Shown here: positions 35,431 to 48,849 of the stretch, one piece after another
How the letters are laid out: every line of letters starts with the position of its first letter
Numbering within the stretch: position 1 is the stretch's first letter
Source of the DNA: Dimorphilus gyrociliatus
Lineage: Eukaryota > Animalia > Annelida
DNA: 64,000 nucleotides
Direction of reading: 5' to 3'
NCBI GenBank assembly: GCA_904063045.1
Contig: CAJFCJ010000003.1
Span: 1,550,001-1,614,000, forward strand
Notes under the pieces: model-generated
What the model was told of the DNA's origin: nothing
The model's input: the letters and a program-made list of their open reading frames with translations, nothing else
Database searches by the model: none
Translations under genes and position numbers: made by a program

Positions 35431-38400
35431 GGGAAGAAGAAAGATGAAGGATAGAAGTAGACAGAGAAAGACAGAGAATGATGTATTGTGTAAAAAAAAT
35501 TAACCAACATGTATACTTGATGTTGACTTTATAAAATTAATTTACTGTTATTACAAATATATAAAAATTAAGAAAATGAATAAAGGGAGTTTATTTATTT
35601 ATTAACATTATTTCTCAGTTTTACCCCATTGTAAAAAGCCAATAAATTTTTTCATGTTGCAAAAAATTCTTTACTCAGGCATAAAATTTAGAATAATCAG
35701 TTTAGCTATGAGAAATATTCTCTCCCATTTAATCATAATTAGTTAGCGTCCTTTCTAAGGAAATTCTATACTGAATAAATGAATCTAATTGGTTTTTAGG
35801 ACTGCCTTTGTTATTCCTTAATTTTATTGTAAGTTTCAAAAAGAAATAGTTTTCAACAAAAATATTTGTTATTTTGTTGTATGAAGGAAGAACAAACTAG
35901 ATATTTTCAAAAAGGCTTTTCCTTATTTTTAACAGAAAAAACAGTTTAATACGATATCATTTTGTCCTGATTAAGTCTGTAAGGTGAATCATTCTCTGAA
36001 AATAGAGCAAAATTTTATTGTTGGATATCAATAAAATTGATATCGTGGGCGATTTAACACAATTAAGATTATTGAGAGTAACGTTATAAAAGAAAATTTA
36101 AAAATGTATAGAGTTTTATAGTAGTTGAAATTTTTTAAAGCATTATTAAGAAAAAATGCGCATAAACTCTGATCTTGTTTTGTCATTTTGATTAAAGAGA
36201 AAGTATTTTTTTGGACATTTTTCAAAATGGAGATAACGGTAAATTGATAGTAAAAATATAATGATACTCCTAAAACAGTTTTCAGCTATCTGTAGATAAA
36301 TTTTGATTTCTTCAAAATATGTTCAAACTTAAATAATTCAAGGTTAAGGTGACAACCACGTAAAAATTTTTGAAAAAACTTGTGACAAAGCCAATTGTTT
36401 CATTGTTTGATATGTTAACAAAATGCTACTGTTTTAATTTACATATTAAATAAATCTTCGTGTGTTCTTTATAACTTAATTTACTATTTAAAATATACTT
36501 TCAAAGTGCACCTGTCCTAAAAAGAAGATAAAATTTTGATAAAAGAATAAATGGTCTTCTCTTATTTTGATATATTTTAGCCTTGTAAATGTAAGAATAT
36601 TGATTGATATAAAAATACATCTAGAATTTCAATTAAGTAATACTAAATATTTTACTCGGTAGTCAAATAGAATATTTATTAGGGCATATATAGTATTTAT
36701 GGTTAGTGGATTAGATCAATTGACTGTGTATTCATTGAATATTTGATATTGTCGACGTGAGACACCTTCATTGTAAAAACAATAAAAGAGTTGGTACTGT
36801 TATCCTTAAAAATGGTAGTTCATCTGTAAAAAACACAAACGAGAGTTTTAAATTGGGTGCATTCTACAGAGTTGCTATTGTACGTACACGCATATATATT
36901 AATGCATAGTTTATTGAGAAAGGTATAAAGATATCCTAATTCTTTAATGTAATTGTTCTCATTCTCTTTTCCAATGTTGTTTTAATTGCGTCATTAATAT
37001 TATTGACTTACTTATTTAAAATTTTGATTAGAAATAGACTATAATGAGGACATTTAATTAGATACATATAAAAGGATACGTACACGTGTCTATACTTTTG
37101 CTCTGAATTACGGATGAAGTAGTCTTGATGCACATTAGTGAAGTTCTAGCCCAAAATATGTACTTTAAGAATATACAAAGCTTCCGGTCATCACGTGAAC
37201 CAAATCATTAAAACAATTATTTTAATCATACTAAACAGTAAAGTAAACTAATTTTTTCTTTAATTAATAGACACATATAATTTTTTACCTGTCTAAAAAA
37301 ACTATCTCTTATGGATAAATAATGGAACTGTATAGGATTCGAAGAAATCTATAAATATGTTTATTACTTTGTTATGAAAATACTGAATTTACAATATGAA
37401 ATTTTATACATACTTTATAAAATAATAAGTAATAATATAATAATGGCTATTGAATAATTGATAGCAAACTATTAAAAAATAATGTATCTAATGGTGATAA
37501 GCAAAATTTATAATCTACTGAGAAACATCTTGTAGACCTCAATCTTTATTTTATAAAATCTATTATTTTTCATATTTATCTTTATAGTGTGCAAACAGAA
37601 ATTGCACTATAATTTGCTGAATGTATAAGATGGATAAATATACCTTACAAAGGACATTGAAATAGACAATAACGCTAGGTGTATTATAATATTGCAACTG
37701 AGGCAGTATTTCAAATGACGCCATTAACTTTGGAAAGGTAAAAACTTCGTAAATAATTGAGTTACATTTGACAATCAAAGTTAAAAATAATTCTAGAAAT
37801 GGTGAAAGTTTTAAAAAAGAAACATTTATCGCTTGAGAGAGATTTACGTCATTTGAAGTATACTGTATAGACAACATGTATCTAAATCTATTAAGTGAGA
37901 AGTAAAGATATATTTCACGAACATAAATTTTCCATTAATAGAATTTAATCGAATTAAGATACAATATATAACGGCAACAGATCACTTATTTTATTACTTA
38001 TTTTTCAAAAGTCTATTTCATGCCTGAAATATTATCATTTTGTTAGTAGTAATGATCAAAGTACTATTTATTGAAGGCGTTAGCTTGATATAAAAATCAA
38101 ATGCTCACATTTGGTATGTAGCATGTTGTTTTAGACTGCCACACAGAGTTTTTAATGAATGGTAAGGTGTTACACTGCTAAACGACTGTTGTAAATCATT
38201 AAACTGCTGTTGAAATCTAATGAATAGAATGTTTAATTTTCAGATATTCAATTTAAATCTTATTGATTAATATTATTAAAAGTTACCAATATAAATATAT
38301 AAAAATTGAATTCCGATTAGCATGACTGTTTACAACAATCGTGAGTATTTTATAGGACAGAAAAAAGAGCTAAGGTTTCGTCTTTATAACTATCAAGTAA

Positions 38401-39514
38401 ATCAAGCTTTGATATTGCAAACATCTAATTTGGTCAATCTCTTCTGATCAAAGTCCATTTAATTTTCCTTTTTTTACTTTATTAACAACTTTAATGTCTG
38501 AAAAGGTAAATTATGGAAAATCCTTGTACAGGAGCATGCTTAATCATCAAAAGTGTTGAAGTACTTATATTAATGGTACAATTTCAAAAAGAATTTTCTT
38601 GCTATTATCTATTAGTTACAGATCTTCTATAGATATTTTTTTAAATTGAATTGAACTTTATGGAATTGAGAACTAGGTCGAGTTTATTATAATATCATTG
38701 TCTTTAATTCTTTTTTTAATATATGATTATCTATTTGAGAAGTTCCCCTTATTATTACTTAAATTGAATAGAAATCCATTTAAAAATGCTCTATTAGGTA
38801 GAAATATGAGAAAGTGCAGAAAAGACATTAAAATATCAATACGTAAGTATTTTTACCTTGAAAAAACATATGCTAAAATATTCATGTATAAAAGAAAAGA
38901 AAGTAAAAAAATGTCTTTCAATAAAGCTCTGTTTGCTGGACTGTTAAAGCTTTTTTGACTTTACCGTGAAAGGCTCTAGTAAAAAGATTCAATTTCCCAT
39001 CGCTAAATGACTTGGACATTCATTAGAATAGAAAACATTTACATAAATTGCTATATCTAGTTATTGACATTGAGATTGGCTCCTTTTTATCAAGAGAGTT
39101 TAATTTACAAAGTATATGCTAAGGGCTATTTTTTTCAATTCTTATATTTAACTAAATATCACCACGAGGTGGCTAGAAATTATACTGCCCTCTAGTTTAC
39201 TTCATAATCATAAAATTAGTTTTTTCATTATAACAAAGAGATATATATGTTATAACGTTACGCCAAGCTAAAACATATTTTGCCATTGTTCACATTAGAA
39301 ATTGCACAATATCATATAGGTGTTATGATAACCGGAACATATAGTAGCAAATTACTATTAAACGATGTATATATATATATATATTGAAGCAATATAGTAT
39401 GATTTAGAGATGAAAAAAAGAATTTTTACAATATTTTAATTGAAATAGTAACAAGAATATACTATCTAAAAGTAGAATAGTCATAAATTTAAAGTAAATC
39501 TATGATATGATTGA

Positions 39515-40140
39515 ATAATTGACAAGTTACTGGTCCTTTGTGCATCAGTTTGGTCGTGCAATTTAGTTTCCACAGTTATAAATTACTTTTTGGGGAATAA
39601 GCGGAAAGGGTTTACATTCAAAGAAAACAAGACTTGCTCTTTACACCTGATTACCTTAACTTGGTAGAGTAATTACCGTAGAAACTGCTGCAATAATGAT
39701 ACGTGGGAAAATTTCGACCATCAAGAAATAAAAGACCTAATTACGTCTTTTTTTATAGAAGATAAAGAACGATCTGAAGGTTTTAGTTGCTCCACAGTAT
39801 TGGTAACTAGGTCTTTTTATTGAGGTAAAAAATATAATTTTGACGTCAGTTTTTTCATAGGATTTGTCCATTTGGCCTATAATAACGAATTTTGGTTCCT
39901 TATGAAGAATCAGTTGTCTACTTCCATTGGAAATTCTGTCATCAATATATCAGTTATAAATGCTAGCACAATAGTGAAAGAGGAGCCTTTCGACGTATAA
40001 TTCGAAGGCGTTTATGCCGAGATAGCGGAAATAATAAGGAAATTTATCAGGAATATGAGGAATTATGCAAAAGATGCGTCTACGATAGAAATGAAAATGA
40101 CGTTTGTAGATCTGGCGATTATATCCAGGATACTTTATAA
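39515..40140 (+). pseudogene. Decayed coding-like island, possibly from a secreted glycoprotein gene
   Basis: One frame runs 39515-40000 with only two internal stops (TAG 39665, TGA 39821). A second frame runs 39967-40140. It has a hydrophobic start, several N-x-S/T sequons and raised GC. Confidence 0.3.
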
Positions 40141-42464
40141 AAATAAAAATATATTTCTATGGCATATTTGGAATAAATTAAAATTTATTAAAGTTTAATT
40201 ATTTTAAGTGTTATTTTAGAAATCTCAGCGCAAACAAAATATTATAGTCATTATTGTTCCTTAGATGGTAATAATATAGAATGAAAGCATATGTCAAACA
40301 ATATGACGTTTTATTACTGTTTATATTTTTCTTTTTTCTCAAATAACTCAGCCATTTATAATGAAATTAATAAAGATGAACGGTTTTTATCTTCAATAAA
40401 AGTAATTTAACCAATATCTATAAGCTTGAGTCTAATCTTAATTGATTTTTTTTAAATTGTATCATTCGATGATGTTTGGTAAAAAGACTATCTAGAAAGA
40501 AGTTTATTTTCGTACCTCTTGGAAAATTTTTGTATAGAAGAGAAAGGGAAATTAATTTTATAAACCTGGTTAATTTAGCAGTTAGTCTTATCCAAGTCTG
40601 ATTAATTACGACTTAATTTTTTCTACGCTTATTGCAGAATTTAATTAATTTAAGTACGATTTTAAGTAGTATAAGCAATTTATTATTATTACAGATAATA
40701 GAATTACTTCCTCATTGTCACGTTTCTATAAAATTGTTAATGTAAAAAAACTATACAAAAAAGGATGTATTTTTATGTTGGTTGCAAAAAAAAAAAGAAT
40801 AAAAAAGAATAAGAAAGGCAAAGATTAACAAATTCAGGAGAATCGTTGTTTTTAGCAAGAAATATATTTTAGCATTTGGAAAATTATTCTCCTTAGCTCC
40901 TTTTTTTTATCAGAAAAGATCGTAAAGCATACTCAATTTCAGTAGATTGGTTTATGCCCTTTTTGTTTATGACTTTCAAAATGACCGATGTATTAACGAC
41001 ATTTTTCGACCGAAGATCATTAGCACTAACCCTAGAAATTAGTCATAACCTTCTAGATTATAAGCTTACTGATTGATTGTAGAGGCAATAATGGCATATT
41101 TCACCAGACACAATTGCATTAGTAAAAGGCTGGATAAAGGAGTTCTTAGTTTTTGAAGATATAGTTTAATGTATGGTATTTACTGTGAATGTATAGCGTA
41201 TATACAGTATAAATATATAGAAAAAGCACAAATATATTTTGAAAGATACTGTTCCCGCTGGGAATATTTTTTTAAAATAATATTTATTTTATGGAAGATT
41301 AAAATAATTTTAGGAAAATGAAAGATTAAAGGGGATTTCTATAATCCTAATAGCCATTACTAAGCGGTTTAACACCAATTTGTTTTTATTGAAATATATG
41401 TTCTAAATTCCATCAATATTGTAGTAGACTCATATTATTATTGTTTGGAATTGAAGTAGTTCATTGAAGTGTACAGAAAGTGCAGTTATAAGAGTAGAGT
41501 GATTGATGAAGTGAAGTGTTCAATTATACGTTTCCTGTTATCGGACTTATTCTTTATGAACTAGAAGTATATATATATAGATATATATGAGTCCGTGATG
41601 AAACAATAGATGATAAACTATCTCATCACATTAGAAGTACAACTCATCTTAAAAATGTTCATTAGAGATCTCAAACTCTGCGTTATATTTTAAGAATGAT
41701 GTCTTACATTGGTAAATATTTTCTTCACAATATTACAAATGCAAGAGAGAAAATGGCATTCTACCACTGTAATCCATTATCTTGAGAAGATAGCAAGTTT
41801 TGTAAGATTCAGAGCCAGTGAGATACAAGCACAGGATTCCAAGTATAAAGAAATTGTTGGATTGTACCAAACCATTAAGGTACTGAGCTTATTGCTCTAG
41901 AGTGAAACTAGAGAATTGGGCGTTTAGCTTTCGATTTAATTCAACGTTACTGGATCTCTGTGTATTTTATAACCAACTTTGATCCCCTCATTGCTACGGA
42001 GAGACAAGAAACTATAAGATTCACGAAGAGGAGATGTTAATATTAAGTGATTGACTTTATCAGTTTTCTTCTTGCTCGTCTTCAATGATCTTAGGAACTC
42101 TGGTTTTATAGAAATTTTGGTTTAGGACATGCATATTCGTCTAAAAATATATATTTCTTTTTTTAGAGATTACAACCTGTAAATACTGTTTATAAGACAA
42201 TTTAATATGAAATTTACGAGGTTAAATTGTTCATTTATCTATTGAAGAAGGTGAAATCGGTTATCTACAATAATATACTCAATTTCGTCAACTTCAAAAG
42301 CGTCAAAGGCAAGTGCATAACTAATAAAATTTCCTTCTGGTCGAACGACCGGAACTGTTGAGATATTGCCCCTGCAGTTACAGCGGTAAGAAACCATTAA
42401 GATTAACGTTCGGTTATCGTTTTTCTTAAACATTACAAATGCTTTTTGCGCTTTTTTCTTATAA

Positions 42465-42481
42465 ACACACACACACACATG

Positions 42482-42507
<26 letters not shown>
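42465..42507. repeat. Compound (CA)n(TA)n microsatellite
   Basis: acacacacacacacatgtatatatatatatatatatatata. Confidence 0.9.
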
Positions 42508-42512
<5 letters not shown>

Positions 42513-42727
42513 GGCAATCTGGTTCATTGTTTTCTTGGACTAACGTCTCATTTTTCCATTTATCAAATGTTTGCACCGCCATCTGCAGGGAAGTCTTATT
42601 CTTCTGTTATATCCTTTTTGCTCGTAAATGTAACTTGTTGCGTAATATTTCGCTGCAATATATTCTGACAGTCAATGCCTAGCTGATTTCTCTTTCACAA
42701 CCTTATTTTATTTCACTTCACTTTGAA

Positions 42728-42919
42728 ATGGTGAGGTATATTGAAAATGGGATTTTCTATAGGAGGAGGTCCCTTATCTGAAGAAGCCTTTTTCTCTTTA
42801 AATCTATCCGGATACGGAAGTAAAACGAGAGAAAAAAGGCCAAAGAGTATTCTTATTGGCCAGTTTATAGCAACGTTACTATGGAAACTGTTTGGCAAAA
42901 CAGGTTTTGTGACTATTAG
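42728..42919 (+). mobile_element. Possible relic of a Gypsy-type retrotransposon integrase Zn-binding region
   Basis: Interrupted frame YIENGIFYRR...KKAKEYSYWPVYSNVTMETVWQNRFC resembles the GxLY...RARxxVYWP...VxxCxxC pattern. It has 2 internal stops and no His pair is visible. Confidence 0.3.
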
Positions 42920-44977
42920 ACGGTCTTCTACACGAAGTCATTAAAAGCTATACGTCATTTATACATCCTCTATTTATAATTCTAGAAACATCTAAAATAG
43001 ATTATGTATGTCATAAAGGCATTTATGGATTCAAACAGTATATCTATAGAGTGCTTGTATAAATAAGTAAATAAGTATTTATATATACAATTTATGCTAT
43101 TTTAAAAATGAATCTGCTCTTTTCATATCTATATTTAAAGCATTTACACTTACTGGCATAGTAATATGTTTGTTTGCAAAGAAATTATAAGTATGTATAA
43201 AATACACTGCATAATAAGCAGAGATGTGGTAAGAATCATTCAAAAAAAATTATTGACGTATCGCACGGAGGCTTAAAGATTTTTTGGGATTTTAGCATAA
43301 AAAGCATAACAAGAGAGCATATAGTCGTAAATCAGTACGCTTTTTATACCCAGCCCATTTCAGAGAGAGGAAACTGTATATAAAGAAAAATCTGGCCGGC
43401 AAATATTATAGACGGGTTAAGCCTATTGACCCGCCTTCTATTCCCTAGAGAGACGCCTGTCTGTAGGTTTTTTTCGACGCCGAGGTATAGAATTTAAAGA
43501 GAGAAGGATAGTGTTAAGATAAAAAAAAGTGCTAAAATAAACTGTTGTGAAGAATTTTTTTTTGTTTTTCAAATAACTGTCCTATCAAATTTGCTTCTCG
43601 ACGGGAAATAATTTGTCTACAAACTTTTAGATAAGTGAGTTAGTTGATCCTTAATTATTGGCATAATTTATTAGCTTTAATGTAATTTCATAGAAAATCA
43701 TGATATATTAGTTTTAATTGATCATAAGCCGGATAACGTCAACCCATCATTTTGTCAAACAGGCTGTAGAGATATAGAAAGAGAAGAGTCAAAGGAAAAG
43801 ATCTTTAAATTAAAGTCATAAAAAGAGCTGTATGCGTTAGTTATTGCTAGGGAAATAGATGTATAAAAGGACAGTAAACGTATCTCTAAACGAATTGATC
43901 TAAAATAATTCAAATATGAAAGATAGCATTTATACTTTACACATTAAAGAGATTTTCCATAGAAATTCTTATATTTTTCAACTCGATTTGTAAGACAAGT
44001 TTCTCGAATAACAGTATTATAAATGAATTTATTGAGCATAATTTCGATCTAATATTATTGTATATTGTCTTCATTGCAATATTCAGCTCAATAAGGAGAA
44101 AATATTCATATATATGTATTTTTAGTACAAGATTCGACTTGTTGATTATTTTGAAATGAAGCAGCCATTCATTTCCTATCATTAAAATAACAATCGATCA
44201 CCTTGTAAAGTGATGCCTCTAGTTTTCTGTGTGAGAATTTTGGATCGTTCTGTGTGGGAAACCTCAGAATGAAACGACTGTCTCTAACCCTCGGGCATAC
44301 GATGTGAATAGATATCTCAAAAAAATTTCTGTCTTATGCTGAGGAGCATAAAAAAGAAAAATTCAACTATGCGAAAGTGAATTATGTATTATATATGTAC
44401 ATATACATATATATATATATATATATAGAGGTAAAGTGTGTCATTGCGTAGTAATATAAAATATGCCAATTTAATTTATATTTATTAGTAAATGTATACA
44501 TTTCTTTCTTCAGAAAGGTGTGAACACTGTACAGAAAGCGCAGAGTATAAATAGACAGAACTTGTTAACAATATACTCACCTATATTAATATATTTTTTT
44601 CTTACATTAATACATTGTAGTCTATATGCCTGTTGGTATATTTGCAACTAAATATAATATGCTCTCACATAAAGAACTCGATCTGTGATTATATAGTCAT
44701 GTCAATAAACAAGGTCAATTATATGATATGCTATACAAATAAAAAATAGCATTAGGTTATGTAACAGGAATTTTATAGATATACAAATAAAAAAGAGGCA
44801 AATTATTGATTTTACAATGAGGAGAAGAAAGTCTTTGTGCTGTTCTATAAATAAAATAAGAAAAAAAGACATGATGAAAAAATGCCAGTGGCTATTAAAA
44901 ACATGATATCATTGAAAGAAACGACATCAATCTGATTTGGAGGACAGTGCTGCAAAGTCCTCTCCCCCCTCCACTTG

Positions 44978-45546
44978 CCAATCGATTCGCTATTAAAGCG
45001 GTTTTCTAGGCCTAAATCAAAAAAAAAATCTGCTTAATTCCTTACGGCGATTGCCCACATCATATACGTGGCATTAGCTAGATGTTGGCCAATCAATTTT
45101 CGCACTGTAAACCTTTGCCCAGAAAACAAGTTTGCCTTGTATTGTTTATAATCAATCGGCGGAGTGTTTGCCTTCAACCCGAAACATTATTTTCACCTCC
45201 TTGTATCACAAGCAATCTCCTATAAAGGTCACAGCATTATAAGTACAGTAACAGAATATACATGCATGAAAAGAAGTTCGATTGGTTTCATTCTATGTAA
45301 AACTATATTTTTAGTGCAAACTAAGTTCTTAGTTGGCAAAAGAAATGATTTACAAAGCTTTAATATAGCCTTGCCTTCACCTTTTTGTTTTACAACAACT
45401 TGTTTGATTACATTATATTCTAATTATAGCTACACCTTCTATGAAGGTTTCAAATTTGTGAAGATCTTCGTTCAAATGATTGGTTAGGTCGAATCTCATC
45501 TTCTCTTCTAATTGGATGATTTAATCACGTGACATTTTGGCGGGAG
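44978..45546. promoter_or_regulatory. Promoter-like cluster: four CCAAT boxes, an extended E-box and an E2F-type site
   Basis: CCAAT at 44978 and 45089; ATTGG at 45479 and 45511; TCACGTGAC at 45525-45533; TTTTGGCGGGAG at 45535-45546. It lies upstream of a GC-richer region leading into the CNG gene. Confidence 0.5.
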
Positions 45547-47588
45547 AATCGGGGACTTAAATTGTGGTTTGCAGATAAAAATTGAGGAAATTTCTAAAAA
45601 GTAGTTAACTAAATATAGAAGCTTAGATGACAGCTGAAAGTAAAAAAGTGTTTGTGATTTCCTTTAAAAAAAAGCTTTACTTCATTTTTCCTCTCGCAGA
45701 ATTTCAGATATTCATGTTCTTTTCCTTTCCAAAACTCTTTTCTGCTGTTAATCACCGACAGAGTTGACCTAGTTATTCAACGAGCCGGTTAAGTGCTCGT
45801 CGCACTGCACATTTATAATGTTTGCCGGCCGACTAATCTCGTCCAGATGTTTATCCGCTAATAATCCTTTAAGAGCTTGTGCTACGAAACGTTAATTAGA
45901 ATCTCCGTACTTAATCACTTGAATTTGGCTATTTTACAGGTCAACTTAATCACAACAAAAGTCGAACTGACCGTGTTTGTAAACAAGAGTTGCGCAAATC
46001 GCTCACTCTCTTCCAACCTCGCCAACAGGTGTCAGTTCGGTAGCTGGCGCAGTAAAATTTTTTGCAGTAGACTCTCGTGAGCATACGTCTTTGACGCTGG
46101 TCAAGCAAAGAGTATGTCGGCGTCTAAATGCTGACGGCAAGAGACGCTTAAACCGGATCTGTGGGATATGCTAGAGTATAGGATAACATAGTGTGTGACA
46201 TGTTGTTTATTTCTTCACTTTCCAAACGTCTTTTATTTTACCTATGAAACCATTCGTTGGCTATCAACCGTCTAATTTGGCTAGGGTAAGGATTTTCTTT
46301 TCGCGCCTTATATACACGTTAATTAGTCACGCGTTTTTTATGTACTCCGGAAATAAATATTGAAGTGTATATATAGTGCATAATGCTATATAAGCATATA
46401 ATATATAAATACTTAATGTGCACATGAAGATGCTAACTTATATCGTATATATACATATCCTAATACGGGTTATCGTGTATAAATAATACATATATTCATT
46501 TTTAGGAAAATTATATTTTCTATCATACCAAAACTATAAACTACTCAGTTTATACATAACTTAGTTCTAGGAATAATACACAAATATAAAAATTAATATA
46601 TAAAATACATATATATATATATATTAATATATATATATCTGTTTTTATAGAGTATCTGTATACTGCAAATGCTTTTTAAATGTATATATATATATTTAGA
46701 TTTTATGAAAAATTATGGATAGATCTCTAAAACTATCTATTTTTATCATCTTTCTTTCAAACAATATCCTTTACCATATTCTATTGCATTAATATATGTA
46801 TAATTATATATATCTGATAATGTATAGAGTAATGTTTTAAGTTTGATAATATATAAAGACAGTTATACGTCCAAGAAAAGCTGTCATATATTTTTTACTG
46901 GAATAAGACAAGTATCTTTGCGTATACGTGAAGAAACGAGTCAAAGCGCCTTACCCACTAATTCAATTTGTTTATGAACGCCGCTTGCATATATTTTCCC
47001 ATGCTAACTGCAGCGCGGTAGGCATTACAGCTAGTTTTAATCATACATGGTTTTTTTTCTCTTCCATACATCTTTTCTGCATTTTCAATGACGTCATATT
47101 TTATCTCTTATACACGGCTTTAAGCGTTTTTCAAAGCAGGAAAAGATGAGGGAACAGCACGCATGCGCGATACCAAATCTAAATGAGTTTCAGGGTAAAG
47201 CAAATGAAAAAGAAATCACCGAGTGGTTCTAATTATTGTTCACTCTTTTATTCTAACGGACAAGTAATCAACGAAAGAGTGTATGCATCCATAGTATTTT
47301 TCTCAATACCGAAAACACAATAGTATTAATAAAGAAACACATGTAGTCTAAATATAAATACACATATGTATGTATAATATAATATGTTGGCTCTATCTAT
47401 TATATGTAAAGCTCAGAAGGAAAATCGGGGTACACATAAAAGAATAAATATTAATTAATATTTCGAAATGCAGGTTTCGATGTAAGACCCTGGCTACTGG
47501 AACAGGCTCGGCGCCAACTTGGCGGGAGCGTCTAGACCACCTATATTGGTTAGCTTACGTCTATCTTGGACGTCGTCGCCACATAGCG

Positions 47589-48849
47589 ATGACTTCGGTG
47601 CTAGTTAGGTCGCCGAATGATTCTGTGAGATATTCGGCGTGCGCAAAAACGGAAGATGAAAACCAAGAAGCTGGCTGCGAACCGGTTGCGAATGTCAGTA
47701 ATGATGATACAGAGGATATAGCCAATGGCCCTCGAACAGATAGGACCAAATTAATTGGAGGGTCGGCTAGAATAGGATCTGTACCCTCCTCTTCTGGGAG
47801 AAATGCCGAATTAAAAGGGAAATCCACATCCAGGGGCTCCTTATTCGAAATTGTGACAAATAAATTTAATAAGAAGCAACATAATAGAACATTTTCAAAA
47901 GAGTCAGTCGCATACATTAACAGAGCTCATATCTCTGATCAGGTAGCTAGGAAGGATGTACGTAAATTGAGAAGGAAGGAAATTGACGAAAAATTTGGTA
48001 AGAGGGCAAGAAAAGGCGGAGCTCGATTCGATCTTTTGGATTCCTCTACAGTCAGTTCGCAAAAAAACTCCTGCAATTGGACGTTTGTTTTCGATCCTTC
48101 TGGTAGATTGGCCTACTGGTGGTCATTGATTGTTAGTATGGCATTCATCTATAACTTTTGGGTGATGATATATAGAGTTGCCTTTGATGAAATCGACCAC
48201 AGTAACAAAGCTATCTGGTTTTCTATGGATTATATAGCCGATCTCCTCTATGCTTTAGATATAGCCTTCCATTTTCGGACTGGTTACTTGGAGGATGGGG
48301 TACTGCAGACGGACGGCACTAAATTGCGTATACATTATATGAATTCAACAGTGTTCTATATAGATTGCCTTTGTTTATTGCCACTTGATTTTCTCTACCT
48401 GTCTATAGGATATAAATCCATAGTACGATGTTTCCGTTTGGTAAAAATCTATAGATTTTGGAATTTTCTAGACAGGACAGAAAGGCATACCAATTATCCA
48501 AACGTCGTTAGAACAGTATCGCTTTTACATTATCTTTTTGCCATATATCACTGGAACGCCTGTTTCATATCGATAATTGTGCAAAAGATGAACATAAACG
48601 AATCATATCGATTCCCACTCGATACCGATAGTGAAAGGAAGAAGGATGTTTTTAGTTTATATCTTATTTCCCTATATTGGTCAACGATGACTCTGACAAC
48701 GATCGACGCTCTTCCAAAACCAAACCAACGAGGAGAATATGTCTTTGTAATCGTGCAATTTATTTTTGCTCTTCTTCTTTTTTCTACAATTCTTGGACAC
48801 GTCGCCAACATCGTCGCTAGTATAAGCACAGCCAGAAAAGACTTTCAGA
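47589..48849 (+). CDS. CNGA: Cyclic nucleotide-gated channel alpha-type subunit, large exon covering the N-terminus, S1-S6 and pore
   Basis: FVFDPSGRLAYWW, FRTGYLEDG, FLDRTERHTNYPN, YWSTMTLTTI and TILGHVANIV motifs. Phase-1 donor A|gtaagt at 48850. Confidence 0.95.

Noticed and set aside
37678-37737. Exon-like segment VYYNIATEAVFQMTPLTLER ending at AG|gtaaaa, reminiscent of a GPCR TM3 end
   Set aside because: No compatible neighbouring exons were found; too short to support a gene.
43377-43433. TATATAAA followed by an 8-bp hairpin (cgggttaa/ttgacccg)
   Set aside because: The stem is short and matches no snRNA, tRNA or histone stem-loop; chance is likely.
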